From an uncultured Heliobacteriaceae bacterium (GTDB lineage: Bacteria; Acidobacteriota; Blastocatellia; RBC074), in assembly GCA_964563495.1 (NCBI GenBank), contig CAZLYK010000006.1, positions 5,900 through 69,899 of the forward strand: a stretch of DNA of 64,000 nt, written 5' to 3'. The position numbers and the translations under genes are program-made. Every line of letters starts with the position of its first letter. The first letter of the stretch is position 1. Of this stretch, positions 30,926 to 40,255 are shown in pieces. The notes beneath the pieces were generated by a model. It was given only the letters and a program-made list of their open reading frames with translations. It was not told the origin of the DNA and made no database searches.

Positions 30926-31323
30926 GCTTCAAGCGCAATGGATATCGGGCGTTGATCAGCTTGTCTTTACAGTGGCGGTGACCGCGTGGGATTTTCACCC
31001 ACCTTCCCTATTCTCCCGAATTTCGATAGTGACTACGGGCACCTGAAGGTGTTGAGAAAGATCGTCTCCAGGAAATAACTGTCACCCTACCACGTGACGG
31101 AGGTCAGAGTCAATAATTCCGGGCGCGCAAAAAAAAGCTTGAGCATTGGGCGGTAAAAGTTGTAAAAATACCCGCCCGACGGCGCATCAAGCAGAACCTC
31201 TGACCGGCATCAGGGAAATTCGACAGCTCAAGGCCGTTCAAAACTAGAGATCCAACGATCCCGATCTCGCCCCTACCGAATTAGTTCGCACTTTTCAGGA
31301 AAACATTTGAAAGGGAAAAATCT

Positions 31324-32652
31324 GTGGTTAACCATAAACACGCACTATTAGACAAAATCTCCTCGCGCAGCGCGCGGGTAGGAGTCATCGGACTCGGTTA
31401 TGTCGGGCTTCCCCTGGTCGTCGAGTTCGCCCACGGCGGATTTGTATCGACCGGTTTCGAGGTCGATACCCGGAAAGCCGATGCCATCAATGCCGGCAAA
31501 TCCTACATCCCCGATGTTCCGACCTCGCAAGTCGCCGAGTTGGTAGCGGCCAAGATGCTCAGCGCCACGACCGATTTCACTGCGCTCAAAGATCAGGACA
31601 TTATCATTATCTGCGTCCCGACGCCGCTGCGTAAGACCAAAGACCCGGATGTTTCATACATTCTGGCCGCGTCGGAGAAGATTCAGGCGGCGCTCCGTCC
31701 GGGCCAGTTGATCATTCTCGAATCGACGACCTATCCGGGGACGACCGACGAGGTCTTGCGCCCGATGTTCGACGAGATCGGGCTCGAGCTCGATCAGGAC
31801 TACTTCCTCGCCTTCTCACCCGAGCGCGTCGATCCGGGCAACGAGAGGTTCAACACTCGCAACATCCCCAAAGTCGTCGGTGGGGTGACGGCGGCGAGCA
31901 CCGAAGTCGCCGCTGAAGCTTATACCGCGATCGTCGACAATGTCCATCGCGCCAGTTCGGCGCGCGTGGCTGAGACCTGCAAGTTGCTCGAAAACACCTT
32001 CCGGGCGGTCAATATCGGTCTGGTCAATGAGCTGGCGCAGCTCTGCCACACGCTCGGCATCGACACCTGGGAGGTGATCGCGGCGGCGGCCACCAAGCCT
32101 TTCGGCTTTATGCCTTTTTATCCGGGACCGGGAATCGGCGGCCACTGCATTCCACTCGATCCTCATTACCTCTCGTGGAAGGCGCGCATGCACGGTTTTG
32201 AAGCGCGATTCATCTCGCTCGCCGAAGAGGTCAATTCGCGCATGCCCGAGCACGTCGTCGATCTGGTCACCAAGGGGCTCAATCAGCACCGCAAAGCAGT
32301 CAATGGCTCGAAGATCCTGATCATGGGCGTGGCGTACAAACGCGATATCGACGATATGCGCGAAAGCCCGGCTCTGGCGATCATCGAGAATCTTCAGAAA
32401 CTCGGCGCCGAGGTGGCTTTCCACGACCCGTACGTCTCCGAGATCCATCTCGAGGCCAATGACCAACGGATGAGCGGAATTCCGTTGAGCCTCGAGGCTG
32501 TCAAAGGGGCCGATTGTGTCGTGATCGTCACCGATCATCGCAACATCGATTACGGCTGGCTGACCGAAGCGGCTCAACTGGTTGTCGATACGCGCAATTC
32601 CACCCGCGCCCTGACCGAAGAACGCTTCACCGATAAGATCATTCGGCTTTAA
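31324..32652 (+). CDS. UDP-N-acetyl-D-glucosamine/mannosamine dehydrogenase family (nucleotide-sugar dehydrogenase)
   Basis: N-terminal Rossmann RVGVIGLGYVGLPL. Catalytic Cys region (GIGGHCIPLDP). 442 aa. Confidence 0.8.
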   Translation: MVNHKHALLDKISSRSARVGVIGLGYVGLPLVVEFAHGGFVSTGFEVDTRKADAINAGKSYIPDVPTSQVAELVAAKMLSATTDFTALKDQDIIIICVPTPLRKTKDPDVSYILAASEKIQAALRPGQLIILESTTYPGTTDEVLRPMFDEIGLELDQDYFLAFSPERVDPGNERFNTRNIPKVVGGVTAASTEVAAEAYTAIVDNVHRASSARVAETCKLLENTFRAVNIGLVNELAQLCHTLGIDTWEVIAAAATKPFGFMPFYPGPGIGGHCIPLDPHYLSWKARMHGFEARFISLAEEVNSRMPEHVVDLVTKGLNQHRKAVNGSKILIMGVAYKRDIDDMRESPALAIIENLQKLGAEVAFHDPYVSEIHLEANDQRMSGIPLSLEAVKGADCVVIVTDHRNIDYGWLTEAAQLVVDTRNSTRALTEERFTDKIIRL

Positions 32653-32655
32653 AAT

Positions 32656-32696
32656 AAAGATCCCCGCCGCTTGCGGCGGGGATCTTTATTTCTTAC
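32656..32696. terminator. Bidirectional intrinsic terminator (AAAGATCCCCGCCGC-TTG-CGGCGGGGATCTTTATTTCTT)
   Basis: 13-bp GC-rich perfect stem with a T-tract. Lies between convergent genes. Confidence 0.8.
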
Positions 32697-35215
32697 TTAA
32701 CGATAAATACTTTGTGGCTGCCGGCGGGAACTCTGAAGCTGGCCGCGGCTCCGATTGAAGTGCTGCCGAGCACTTTATTATCTACCGAAACGGTGAGCTT
32801 ACGGCCCTCGATCGCGGGCAGGAGCAGTCGCACCCGGTCCTTTGTGTCGATCGTAAAACCTATCGCGTTATCGGTTGCGCGATAGCCACGCAATCTGACC
32901 GCTCCTTCGCATTCAATCTCGATCTTGCCGCCCCGGCGGATGACCAGTCGTTCCGGCCCGAAGATGGCATCCAGGCTGGATCCGGCGAATGTTACGCGTT
33001 CGATCCGCGATTCCTCAGTCGCCGAGAGGCTGCCGAAAGCCATTCCTCCCCAGATATCCGCGCTGATCAACTCTTCGATCCCGGGAAAGAACATGAGGCC
33101 CGGAAATGACGCCCGCACCGATTGATCGCTTTCGACAACCGGCCTGCCATCGAGGCTTGAATAATGGCCGTAGAGCCGGCCGGATTTTTCTGAAGCCGCC
33201 CGCGCCAGCCTGGTGCAATGACGAGACAGTTCGGCCGCTTCGTCGTGAAAGTTGTAGCGTCTGAGCCCCAGATAGACCAGGTAATTCATCAACGACCAGA
33301 CCGCTCCGCGGCCCGGTCCCTGTGGAGTGAATGCCGGGTCATCGCGCGCGATCGAAGCCAGAGGTTGATCGCCCCAGAACTTCCTGCCGTCGCGCAGCGT
33401 CGCGACCACCTTTTTGGCACGTTCTTCTTCGACCACGCCGGCGATCAGCGGATAGAAGTTCTCCGGTGAGAGCCGGCGCGAAAATCGCCCATCCCAGTGG
33501 CGGTTGAGATATAGACCGTCTTCCTCGCTCCAGAGCCTGTTGTTAATCAGTGCTTTGATTCGTTCGTAGCGGATTCGCAACCTGTCGGCTTCGGTCGGCA
33601 GCCCGAGCTCGCGGGCCATGATCGACAAGATCTCGGTATCGAGGGCGTAAAGAGAGTTGAGTGCGACCGGCGAGAATTCCAGCGTGTGAGTCGCGTCGTT
33701 GTACCTGGCCACGTCGTGCTGACGGTTGGTCGCTCCGCCCGAAGGCGGTTTCAGATCTTCTCCATTGCTCCATTGCGGCCGGTCATCGAGCCCCGATTCG
33801 GAAAAAGCTAGCCTGAGCTTGGTGGAATTCGGGAGCATGCGCGCGCCGAGAGCCCCCTGTTCGAGTTCAGCATCAAAACCCCATTCGAGCAGCCCGTCGC
33901 CGTTGCCGTCACGCCAGGATTGGCCGTCTCCGCGATTCTTCGACCACCAATCATTCCACTGCAGCAGGCGCGGATAGGCCCAGGCCAGCAATCCCAGATC
34001 GTAGGTCTCAAGATAGACCTTCCAGATGGCCATGGCCCCGACCGGAGGCATCGATCGCCCGGTCAGAGAGACCGGCTCACTGCGAGACTGGCTTTGCATG
34101 TGGCGGCGCAACGGCACGCGGCCGTCCGGCGTCTGGGTCTCGAGCAATGTCCGGATCGTCGCGGTCGCGCTTCCGGGATCGATCGGCGCGGCCATGGTCG
34201 CGGTCAGAAACGATTCCCAGCTCAGAACGGGACCGCCCTCTCTCTGGTCTTCGGGCGCGCCGGATTGCCGGTGAATCGCAAGATATTCAAGCTGCTTTTC
34301 GGGTTGATAGTAGCGGTTCCAATTAACCACCCGGCTGAGCAGATCCAGGCTCGCCCCGATCGCTCCCGCGCTCAAGGTTCGGGTCGCCTGATAATTTTTC
34401 TCAGCCAGATCAAGCGAATCGGCGATCGATCCGGGCAGCAGTTTCTCCGCCTCACGCTCCATCGAATCGAAGCTCTCGCCGATCATGGCGATAAACCCGA
34501 TCGAGGAGTCCATGCTCAGATCGAAGCTCAGCGCCGCTTGATGATAGACGCTCGGTTTATCCGATTGATCAGGCTGTTGGGCGTGGCCTTCCTTGACCAG
34601 CATTTTGCGCATGGCCGAAGCATCTTCATAGCTCGCGGCACCGATCGCCGTGCGATCGGTGCGGAGCAGGAAGCGGCGCAGAGGCGAGGCGCCGGCCTGG
34701 GTCTGAACCTGCTCTCCCAGCACCGTCCGGCGATCCGCTTGCGCCCAGAAAGTCGCCCAGCTTTCGTCGCTTCCGACGGACCTCCACGGACGATACGCCT
34801 CCATCGCGATGCGCACCCCCGGCGGCGCCGAGATTCGGCCGATCACGGTCGTCTGATTCAGCCGGCTCCATCGAAAAGTGATCGGCGTCTTCTCATCCAG
34901 CTGCGTCCGCCAGCTGACGGCTGCATACGACCCGTCTGCAGCGTGCGGCCCCAAATCGAAAACCGACGGCGCTTCCTCAAGGCTCGCTCCCTGACGGTAG
35001 ACAAGAACACGCAGGCCGAAAAAGGCCGACCCGAGAGAGCTGGAACTTCCCGAGATGAAGACCAGACCGTTAATCTGGGCTGGGTCCAACGCGCCGACCA
35101 GGACGCGATCCGTCGAAGCCGGCGGACGACCCTGAACCCCCGCGCCTGGAGGATCAAGGCAGATTACGGCCATCAATAAAACGACCGCCGTGATGATCTT
35201 AGAGGACTCGCTCAT
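32693..35215 (-). CDS. Large secreted (alpha/alpha)6-barrel glycoside-hydrolase-like protein (GH63/glucosidase-like), ~840 aa
   Basis: Probable start MSESSKIITAVVLLMAVIC (signal). Six-hairpin glycosidase-like segments (LLETQTPDGRVP, WAYPRLLQWNDWW, MNYLVYLGLRRY). Family assignment is tentative. Confidence 0.5.
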   Translation of the reverse strand: MSESSKIITAVVLLMAVICLDPPGAGVQGRPPASTDRVLVGALDPAQINGLVFISGSSSSLGSAFFGLRVLVYRQGASLEEAPSVFDLGPHAADGSYAAVSWRTQLDEKTPITFRWSRLNQTTVIGRISAPPGVRIAMEAYRPWRSVGSDESWATFWAQADRRTVLGEQVQTQAGASPLRRFLLRTDRTAIGAASYEDASAMRKMLVKEGHAQQPDQSDKPSVYHQAALSFDLSMDSSIGFIAMIGESFDSMEREAEKLLPGSIADSLDLAEKNYQATRTLSAGAIGASLDLLSRVVNWNRYYQPEKQLEYLAIHRQSGAPEDQREGGPVLSWESFLTATMAAPIDPGSATATIRTLLETQTPDGRVPLRRHMQSQSRSEPVSLTGRSMPPVGAMAIWKVYLETYDLGLLAWAYPRLLQWNDWWSKNRGDGQSWRDGNGDGLLEWGFDAELEQGALGARMLPNSTKLRLAFSESGLDDRPQWSNGEDLKPPSGGATNRQHDVARYNDATHTLEFSPVALNSLYALDTEILSIMARELGLPTEADRLRIRYERIKALINNRLWSEEDGLYLNRHWDGRFSRRLSPENFYPLIAGVVEEERAKKVVATLRDGRKFWGDQPLASIARDDPAFTPQGPGRGAVWSLMNYLVYLGLRRYNFHDEAAELSRHCTRLARAASEKSGRLYGHYSSLDGRPVVESDQSVRASFPGLMFFPGIEELISADIWGGMAFGSLSATEESRIERVTFAGSSLDAIFGPERLVIRRGGKIEIECEGAVRLRGYRATDNAIGFTIDTKDRVRLLLPAIEGRKLTVSVDNKVLGSTSIGAAASFRVPAGSHKVFIVK

Positions 35216-35352
35216 GAAACAGCCAAAGAAAATTAATCGGCGCACGGATTGACTCGATAATCACAACCCCGACAAGCTTATTTTGATCGGCACCCGCTTG
35301 CAAGCGGATTGATCCTTAATCCTTTTTAAGGCAGGATTGAACCGGGATCGAT

Positions 35353-35420
35353 CGGCGGGCGTCCCGCCCGCATGTTAGTGATCATCAACATATGCGGGGG
35401 TTCCGCCCGCGTTCCCAGGC
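35353..35420. repeat. GC-rich palindrome P1 (GGCGGGCGTCCCGCCCGCATGTT ... AACATATGCGGGGGTTCCGCCCGCGTTCCCAGG), degenerate copy of P2
   Basis: Same CCTGGGAGCGCGGGCGTCCCGCCCGCATG family as 39064-39148. Together the two bracket the rSAM-GT-SDR-GNAT cassette. Confidence 0.7.
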
Positions 35421-35435
35421 TTTGCCGAGGAGGAA

Positions 35436-35894
35436 ATGATGTCAGCACCAACCTATCGCCCGGCGATTCCTTCGGACGCCGGGATGATCGTCGAGTTTCA
35501 AATCGCCATGGCGCGTGAGACGGAAGACCTGGAATTGGATCGGGATGTTTGCAGACGCGGCGTTGAGGCGGTCTTCGCCGATCCATCGCTCGGCCGATAT
35601 TACGTCTGCCGGGAAGACGGGCGCGTCATCGGCTCGATCATGATCACATCCGAATGGAGCGATTGGCGCAACGGCGTGGTCTGGTGGATTCAGAGCGTCT
35701 ATCTCGCGCCCGAAGCACGGAACCGGGGATTTTACACCGGGCTCTACCGTTACGTTCAGCAATTGGCCGAAGCCGATCCGAAAGTGCAAGGGATCAGACT
35801 TTACGTCGATAAGCGCAATACGCGCGCCCAGCAGGTCTATGCCAGACTGGGCATGGACGGCGAGCACTATCAGGTCTACGAGTGGATGAAATGA
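35436..35894 (+). CDS. GNAT-family N-acetyltransferase
   Basis: GNAT motif A region (RNRGFYTGLYRYVQQLAEA). 152 aa. Confidence 0.7.
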   Translation: MMSAPTYRPAIPSDAGMIVEFQIAMARETEDLELDRDVCRRGVEAVFADPSLGRYYVCREDGRVIGSIMITSEWSDWRNGVVWWIQSVYLAPEARNRGFYTGLYRYVQQLAEADPKVQGIRLYVDKRNTRAQQVYARLGMDGEHYQVYEWMK

Positions 35895-35895
35895 T

Positions 35896-36642
35896 TTAAG
35901 TAATGCAGCCGCCGTCAATGGTCACGACCTCGCCGATCATATAGCTGTTCTTTTCCGAGACCATGAAGGCGGCGAACTCGGCGAGTTCTTCCGGGTGGCC
36001 GCGACGCGCCTTGGCGCACCAGTATTTGTGCATTTCGAGCGCGTGTTGGGGCAGCAGGTCCGAAAGATCGGTCTCGTAGATGCCGGCGGCGATGGCGTTG
36101 ACCACGACGCCGAAGGGCGCGGCTTCGCGCGAAAGACATTTGGTGAAGCCAATGACGGCGGCTTTCGAGGTCGCATAATGAACGGCCGTCGGCAGCGCGC
36201 GGATGGCGCCGATGCTGCTGATATTCAGAATATGCCCGTCACGCTGTCTGAGCATGTGTTTGAAGACCGGCTTGGTCACGTTGAAAAGCCCGTTGACGTT
36301 GGTGTCTATCACCGTGTGCCAGGAGTGCTCGGTCATGGTCGCAAAATTGTCGCCGCGGTTGATCGCGGCGTTGTTGACCAGAATATCGATCCGGCCGAAT
36401 TCGTGATGGATTTCGCGGATCATCTTGTTGATCGCCGGTCGATCGGTGATCGAGACCTGATAGGCCAGCCCTTTTCGGCCGCAGAAGCGGATCCTTTCCA
36501 ATACTTGCTCGGCCAGGTCGTCGCGAGAGTTGTAGTTGAACGCGATGTCCGCTCCTTCACGGGCGAAGATCTCGCACAAAGAGCGGCCGATGCCGCGCGT
36601 CCCTCCGGTGATAACCGCTTTTTTCCCTTCGAGTAATCCCAT
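35896..36642 (-). CDS. Short-chain dehydrogenase/reductase (FabG-like)
   Basis: TGGTRGIGRS cofactor motif. NNAA motif. S-YxxxK catalytic triad (YATSKAA). Confidence 0.8.
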   Translation of the reverse strand: MGLLEGKKAVITGGTRGIGRSLCEIFAREGADIAFNYNSRDDLAEQVLERIRFCGRKGLAYQVSITDRPAINKMIREIHHEFGRIDILVNNAAINRGDNFATMTEHSWHTVIDTNVNGLFNVTKPVFKHMLRQRDGHILNISSIGAIRALPTAVHYATSKAAVIGFTKCLSREAAPFGVVVNAIAAGIYETDLSDLLPQHALEMHKYWCAKARRGHPEELAEFAAFMVSEKNSYMIGEVVTIDGGCIT

Positions 36643-36678
36643 AATTATTCTTCGATTGGTTGTCAGACACGGCTTTTC

Positions 36679-37833
36679 TTAGACTTTTCGCATGAGCTCA
36701 TCGACGATCCGGCGCGTCGCGTCGGGGATCGCGACGCGCGAGGCCGCGATCCGCATGGAAGACAACTGAGACGGCTCGTTGATCAGCTCGCGGATGATCG
36801 GAACGATGTCACGCGACCGCTTGAGCAGGACGCCGGCGCGATGCCTCGAAATCAGATTGGCCGTCTGCGATTCCTGGGGCATCGGCGGAGTGGTGGTGTC
36901 TGCGATGATCGGCAATCGCGAGGCGAAGGCTTCGAAAGTCGTCAGGCCGCCGAGTTTCGAGACCATGACGTCGGCCGCGCTCATGAGCTTCTCCATCGCG
37001 TTGGTGTAGCCGATCACCCTCGCCGGGAACGGCGCGTGTTTGACCATCCCGCTGATCCGATCGCGCAATTTCTCGTTGCGACCGGCGAGAAAGATCGCCT
37101 GAGCGTCTTTGATCTGATCGCCCCGCTCGATCATCTGTTCGAAGATCTGCGGGATATTCCCGCCGCCGACCCAGCCGGCGTTGATGAAGACCGTGAATTT
37201 TTCGGGAGCCAAACCCAGCTCAGAGCGCGCCGCTGCCTTCTCCTCCTCATTCTGAAACTGAAATTTGGGATGGATCGGGATCCCGCAAATTTTGATCTTC
37301 TCGACGGGAACACCGTAATCGATCAACTGTTGTCTGGCCTCTTCGGTCGCCACCAGGTAAAGGCTGACATCTTCACAAGCCCACCCGCGCCAGAACCCGT
37401 AACACGGGTCGGTCACGACGGTGACCAGCGGAATCCGGTCGAGCAACCCGAGCTCGCGGAGCATTCTCCCGGTAAAATGCTGCGTCAGGGGATGGACCGA
37501 GATGACGATCTGCGGGCAGTATTTCTCAAAGAGATGCCGCCCATAACGTGTCGTCATCCGATATAAGAGATTCGATTCGTTCGGACGAAACCGCTCGATC
37601 GCCCAGTAGTAGTACTTCATGAGGTGCTGGTGATTGCGGAGCAGGTAGTTATAGAGTTCGGCCAGCTTCTCAACCAGCACGTTCGATTCCTCGAGTGCAC
37701 GCGCGATATTGATCAGACAATCGTGCGCGCCGAATCTGATCAGCCCATCGGCGATGGCAGTCGCGGCGCTGGTATGCCCGCCTCCGGTCTCAGAGGTGAT
37801 GATCAGGAATTTTTTAGCGTTCTCAGTCGACAT
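36679..37833 (-). CDS. Glycosyltransferase of the MGDG-synthase / diacylglycerol glycosyltransferase family (UgtP/YpfP-like, GT28)
   Basis: N-terminal MGDG_synth-type motif (KKFLIITSETGGGHTSAATAIADGL). GT28 C-terminal domain. Probable start MSTENAKK. Confidence 0.75.
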   Translation of the reverse strand: MSTENAKKFLIITSETGGGHTSAATAIADGLIRFGAHDCLINIARALEESNVLVEKLAELYNYLLRNHQHLMKYYYWAIERFRPNESNLLYRMTTRYGRHLFEKYCPQIVISVHPLTQHFTGRMLRELGLLDRIPLVTVVTDPCYGFWRGWACEDVSLYLVATEEARQQLIDYGVPVEKIKICGIPIHPKFQFQNEEEKAAARSELGLAPEKFTVFINAGWVGGGNIPQIFEQMIERGDQIKDAQAIFLAGRNEKLRDRISGMVKHAPFPARVIGYTNAMEKLMSAADVMVSKLGGLTTFEAFASRLPIIADTTTPPMPQESQTANLISRHRAGVLLKRSRDIVPIIRELINEPSQLSSMRIAASRVAIPDATRRIVDELMRKV

Positions 37834-37897
37834 AATCGCAAGGGTGATCCAACAAAGCCGGCTCTTTATCGAGTCGACGGGGTTCGGGATCTCACTC

Positions 37898-39046
37898 TCA
37901 GGCCGTCTGCGGAGCGAGATCCGAGGCGGTATCACCCGCGTGTGACTTCTTGAGCTCCCTTTCCAGCCGCTTGATCTGGATCAGGTGCTTCGGATTGAAA
38001 GCCAGTGACGGGTAATAACAGTTCGATTCGTGGGTGCAAAAACAGCCCTGCTTGATCTGACGGCGTCGGGCATCGAGCTCGGGCGAATTCCAAAGGGCCC
38101 AAAAGTTCCAATCATAATCGCGCAGATTGCCGATCGGGTCGAGGTTTTCACAGCTCGAAACCGTGCCCTCGTCATAAATCACGCCGCCGGTCGTGCCGGC
38201 GAAACAGCGCAACTGGGCCTTGTTCTGCTCTTCGGTGCGGGCGATCATCTCGTGCATATAGATATCGACGGCCGCCTTGAGGTATCCGCCGTCACCCCGG
38301 TAATGATTCTTGATCACGCCGCGCCGTGAGTCCTCGTCGATCATCCGTGACAGCCTGCGGTAGCGGTTGAGGTCGATCTTCAATTCCTCGGGTCTGGCCG
38401 ACGGCGGGCGGATATAATTGACGTTGATCTTGTCCGGTTTGAGCTCAAAGCGGAGGAAGTCGTACCATTCGAAGATGCTCTCCTGGTTCGAATTCATCAA
38501 GCAGGTGCAGGTCTGTAGGTCAAGCCGCGGGATTTCACGCTGGATCGATTGTAATTGGCGCGCGGTATCGATCGCCGTGTCCCAGCTGCCGGGTTTCTGC
38601 CGGATCTTCTCGTGCTGATCCTTCAACCCGTCGATCCCCAGCGCGACGGTGAGGTTGAGATTCGGACACTCTTCGAGGATTCGCGCGACGTCCGGGATGA
38701 TCCGCTTTTGAATCTGGCCGTTTGACATGAGATAGACCGATTCGAGCTGGTTGTTTTGATAAAACGCTCGAACGACCTCGGGCAGATCTTTGCGAGTGAA
38801 AGGCTCACCGCCGGCGATGATCAGGATCGGCAGCTTCCCGCCGAGTGTTTCGCTGATGCGCCCCAGCTGATCGGTGGTCATTTGCAGCTTTTTACGCGGC
38901 TGGTCGTCGAGCTCGTCGGTGAAAAAGCAATGGAGACACCGCATGTCGCAAACCGAAGTGATCAAAAGATTGAGGATAACCGGCGAGGTCACTCCGCCGG
39001 CCAGTACTTTGCCGTAGCGTTTGATTAGTTCGAGGTTATAGTTCAT
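37898..39046 (-). CDS. Radical SAM protein with C-terminal SPASM/twitch-like Cys cluster
   Basis: CxxxCxxC (CDMRCLHC). GGEP motif. C-terminal CFAG...C...C...CFC...C cysteines. Probable start MNYNLELIK. First gene of the rSAM-GT-SDR operon. Confidence 0.8.
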   Translation of the reverse strand: MNYNLELIKRYGKVLAGGVTSPVILNLLITSVCDMRCLHCFFTDELDDQPRKKLQMTTDQLGRISETLGGKLPILIIAGGEPFTRKDLPEVVRAFYQNNQLESVYLMSNGQIQKRIIPDVARILEECPNLNLTVALGIDGLKDQHEKIRQKPGSWDTAIDTARQLQSIQREIPRLDLQTCTCLMNSNQESIFEWYDFLRFELKPDKINVNYIRPPSARPEELKIDLNRYRRLSRMIDEDSRRGVIKNHYRGDGGYLKAAVDIYMHEMIARTEEQNKAQLRCFAGTTGGVIYDEGTVSSCENLDPIGNLRDYDWNFWALWNSPELDARRRQIKQGCFCTHESNCYYPSLAFNPKHLIQIKRLERELKKSHAGDTASDLAPQTA

Positions 39047-39063
39047 AAATCTTCTCCGAAAAA

Positions 39064-39148
39064 CCCTGGGAGCGCGGGCGTCCCGCCCGCATCGGGTAAT
39101 GGCCACTTTCTTCGCCGGAACATGCGGGCGGGACGCCCGCGCTCCCAG
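39064..39148. repeat. GC-rich palindrome P2 (CCTGGGAGCGCGGGCGTCCCGCCCGCAT ... ATGCGGGCGGGACGCCCGCGCTCCCAGG)
   Basis: 28-nt perfect arms with a 29-nt spacer. Each arm contains its own GCGGGCG-TCC-CGCCCGC mini-hairpin. Confidence 0.8.
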
Positions 39149-39295
39149 GATTGCATTCTTTCCGGGCGTCGTTTGACGACATGAAATGACTTCTCAGAAA
39201 AACCTGAGATCGCGGTTTATGAGACCAGAGGACAGGAAACGCAATATTAAGCGTCGTTTGCCGCGCAAAGTCAACCGAACCTGGAAGGCGGGTTA

Positions 39296-40255
39296 TTGGT
39301 AAGATCTATCATGCTCAAACATCCATTAACACGGATCGATCGCGATCAAAATCTGCGCCGGGAGCTGCTCGCTTACTGTCGCCTCAAACCGGGCCAGGTC
39401 TGGCGGGATCGGCGGAGCGGTCATCGCGTCGGATGCCTGGACGCGGCCTCGCGCCGGGACGTCTTGAAACTGAGCGGAAAATCCCGCGCTTCGCTCGCGA
39501 TCCACGATTTGCCTTATAACTTTATCGCTTTCGAGCAGCGAAGGGTCGATGATTTCATCGAATGGTGCCGGCAGGTGATCAGCCACACCGACGAAGCCCT
39601 GCTCGACGATAGCAGCCTCTACCTATGGATCGGGGCGGATCAACGGGCGGGGTTCGCACCGCTGCCCGAACTCATGTTGATGATGCGGGAGACAAATTTC
39701 ACTTCGCGCAGCTTGATCACCATGCGCAACCAACGCGGTTACGGCACGCAGAAAAACTGGATGAGCGTCCGGCAGGAACTGCTCTATTACACCAAAGGGA
39801 AGCCCCGCTTTGTTCCCCAGTATACCGGGATCCCCAAGACGTTGAGGGGCTATTACAAAGAGATCAACGGCCAGATGACCGAGAATACCGCGCGTGGTCG
39901 GTCTGAGACGCTTCGCGCCGGCAACGTCTGGATCGATGTCCAGCAGGTGTTTTATCGCATGGAAGAGAATGTCAATGGATGTTACGCGCAGAAGCCGCTC
40001 AAGTCGATCGAGCGGATCATCGCGGCCAGCTCGTCACCGGGAGATATCGTGCTCGATCTCTTCGCGCATTCAGGGACGACGCTGCTCGCCGCCGAGATGC
40101 TCGGTCGCGTCTGTTATACCCTCGAGATAGACCCGATCTTTTGTGAGATCACGATTCGGCGCCTCGAGCATTTTCGCCGGACCGGACGAACCGGCTGGCA
40201 GAACAGCAATCCATTTGCTCACGAGTTGGGCCAAACAGGAGGTCAAGATGAGTAA
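39296..40255 (+). CDS. Orphan beta-class DNA amino-methyltransferase (N6-adenine or N4-cytosine)
   Basis: Motif IV DLPYN precedes motif I DLFAHSGTT (beta-class order). N-terminal GQVW...GHRVGCLDA typical of this family. No restriction endonuclease gene adjacent. Confidence 0.75.
   Translation: MVRSIMLKHPLTRIDRDQNLRRELLAYCRLKPGQVWRDRRSGHRVGCLDAASRRDVLKLSGKSRASLAIHDLPYNFIAFEQRRVDDFIEWCRQVISHTDEALLDDSSLYLWIGADQRAGFAPLPELMLMMRETNFTSRSLITMRNQRGYGTQKNWMSVRQELLYYTKGKPRFVPQYTGIPKTLRGYYKEINGQMTENTARGRSETLRAGNVWIDVQQVFYRMEENVNGCYAQKPLKSIERIIAASSSPGDIVLDLFAHSGTTLLAAEMLGRVCYTLEIDPIFCEITIRRLEHFRRTGRTGWQNSNPFAHELGQTGGQDE

Noticed and set aside
33920-35179. 419-aa plus-strand ORF antisense to the glycoside-hydrolase-like gene
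   Set aside because: Arg-rich antisense ORF.
39296-40255. Complete restriction-modification system
   Set aside because: No endonuclease-like ORF (no PD-(D/E)xK, HNH or GIY-YIG candidates) within several kb on either side. The MTase is therefore treated as an orphan.
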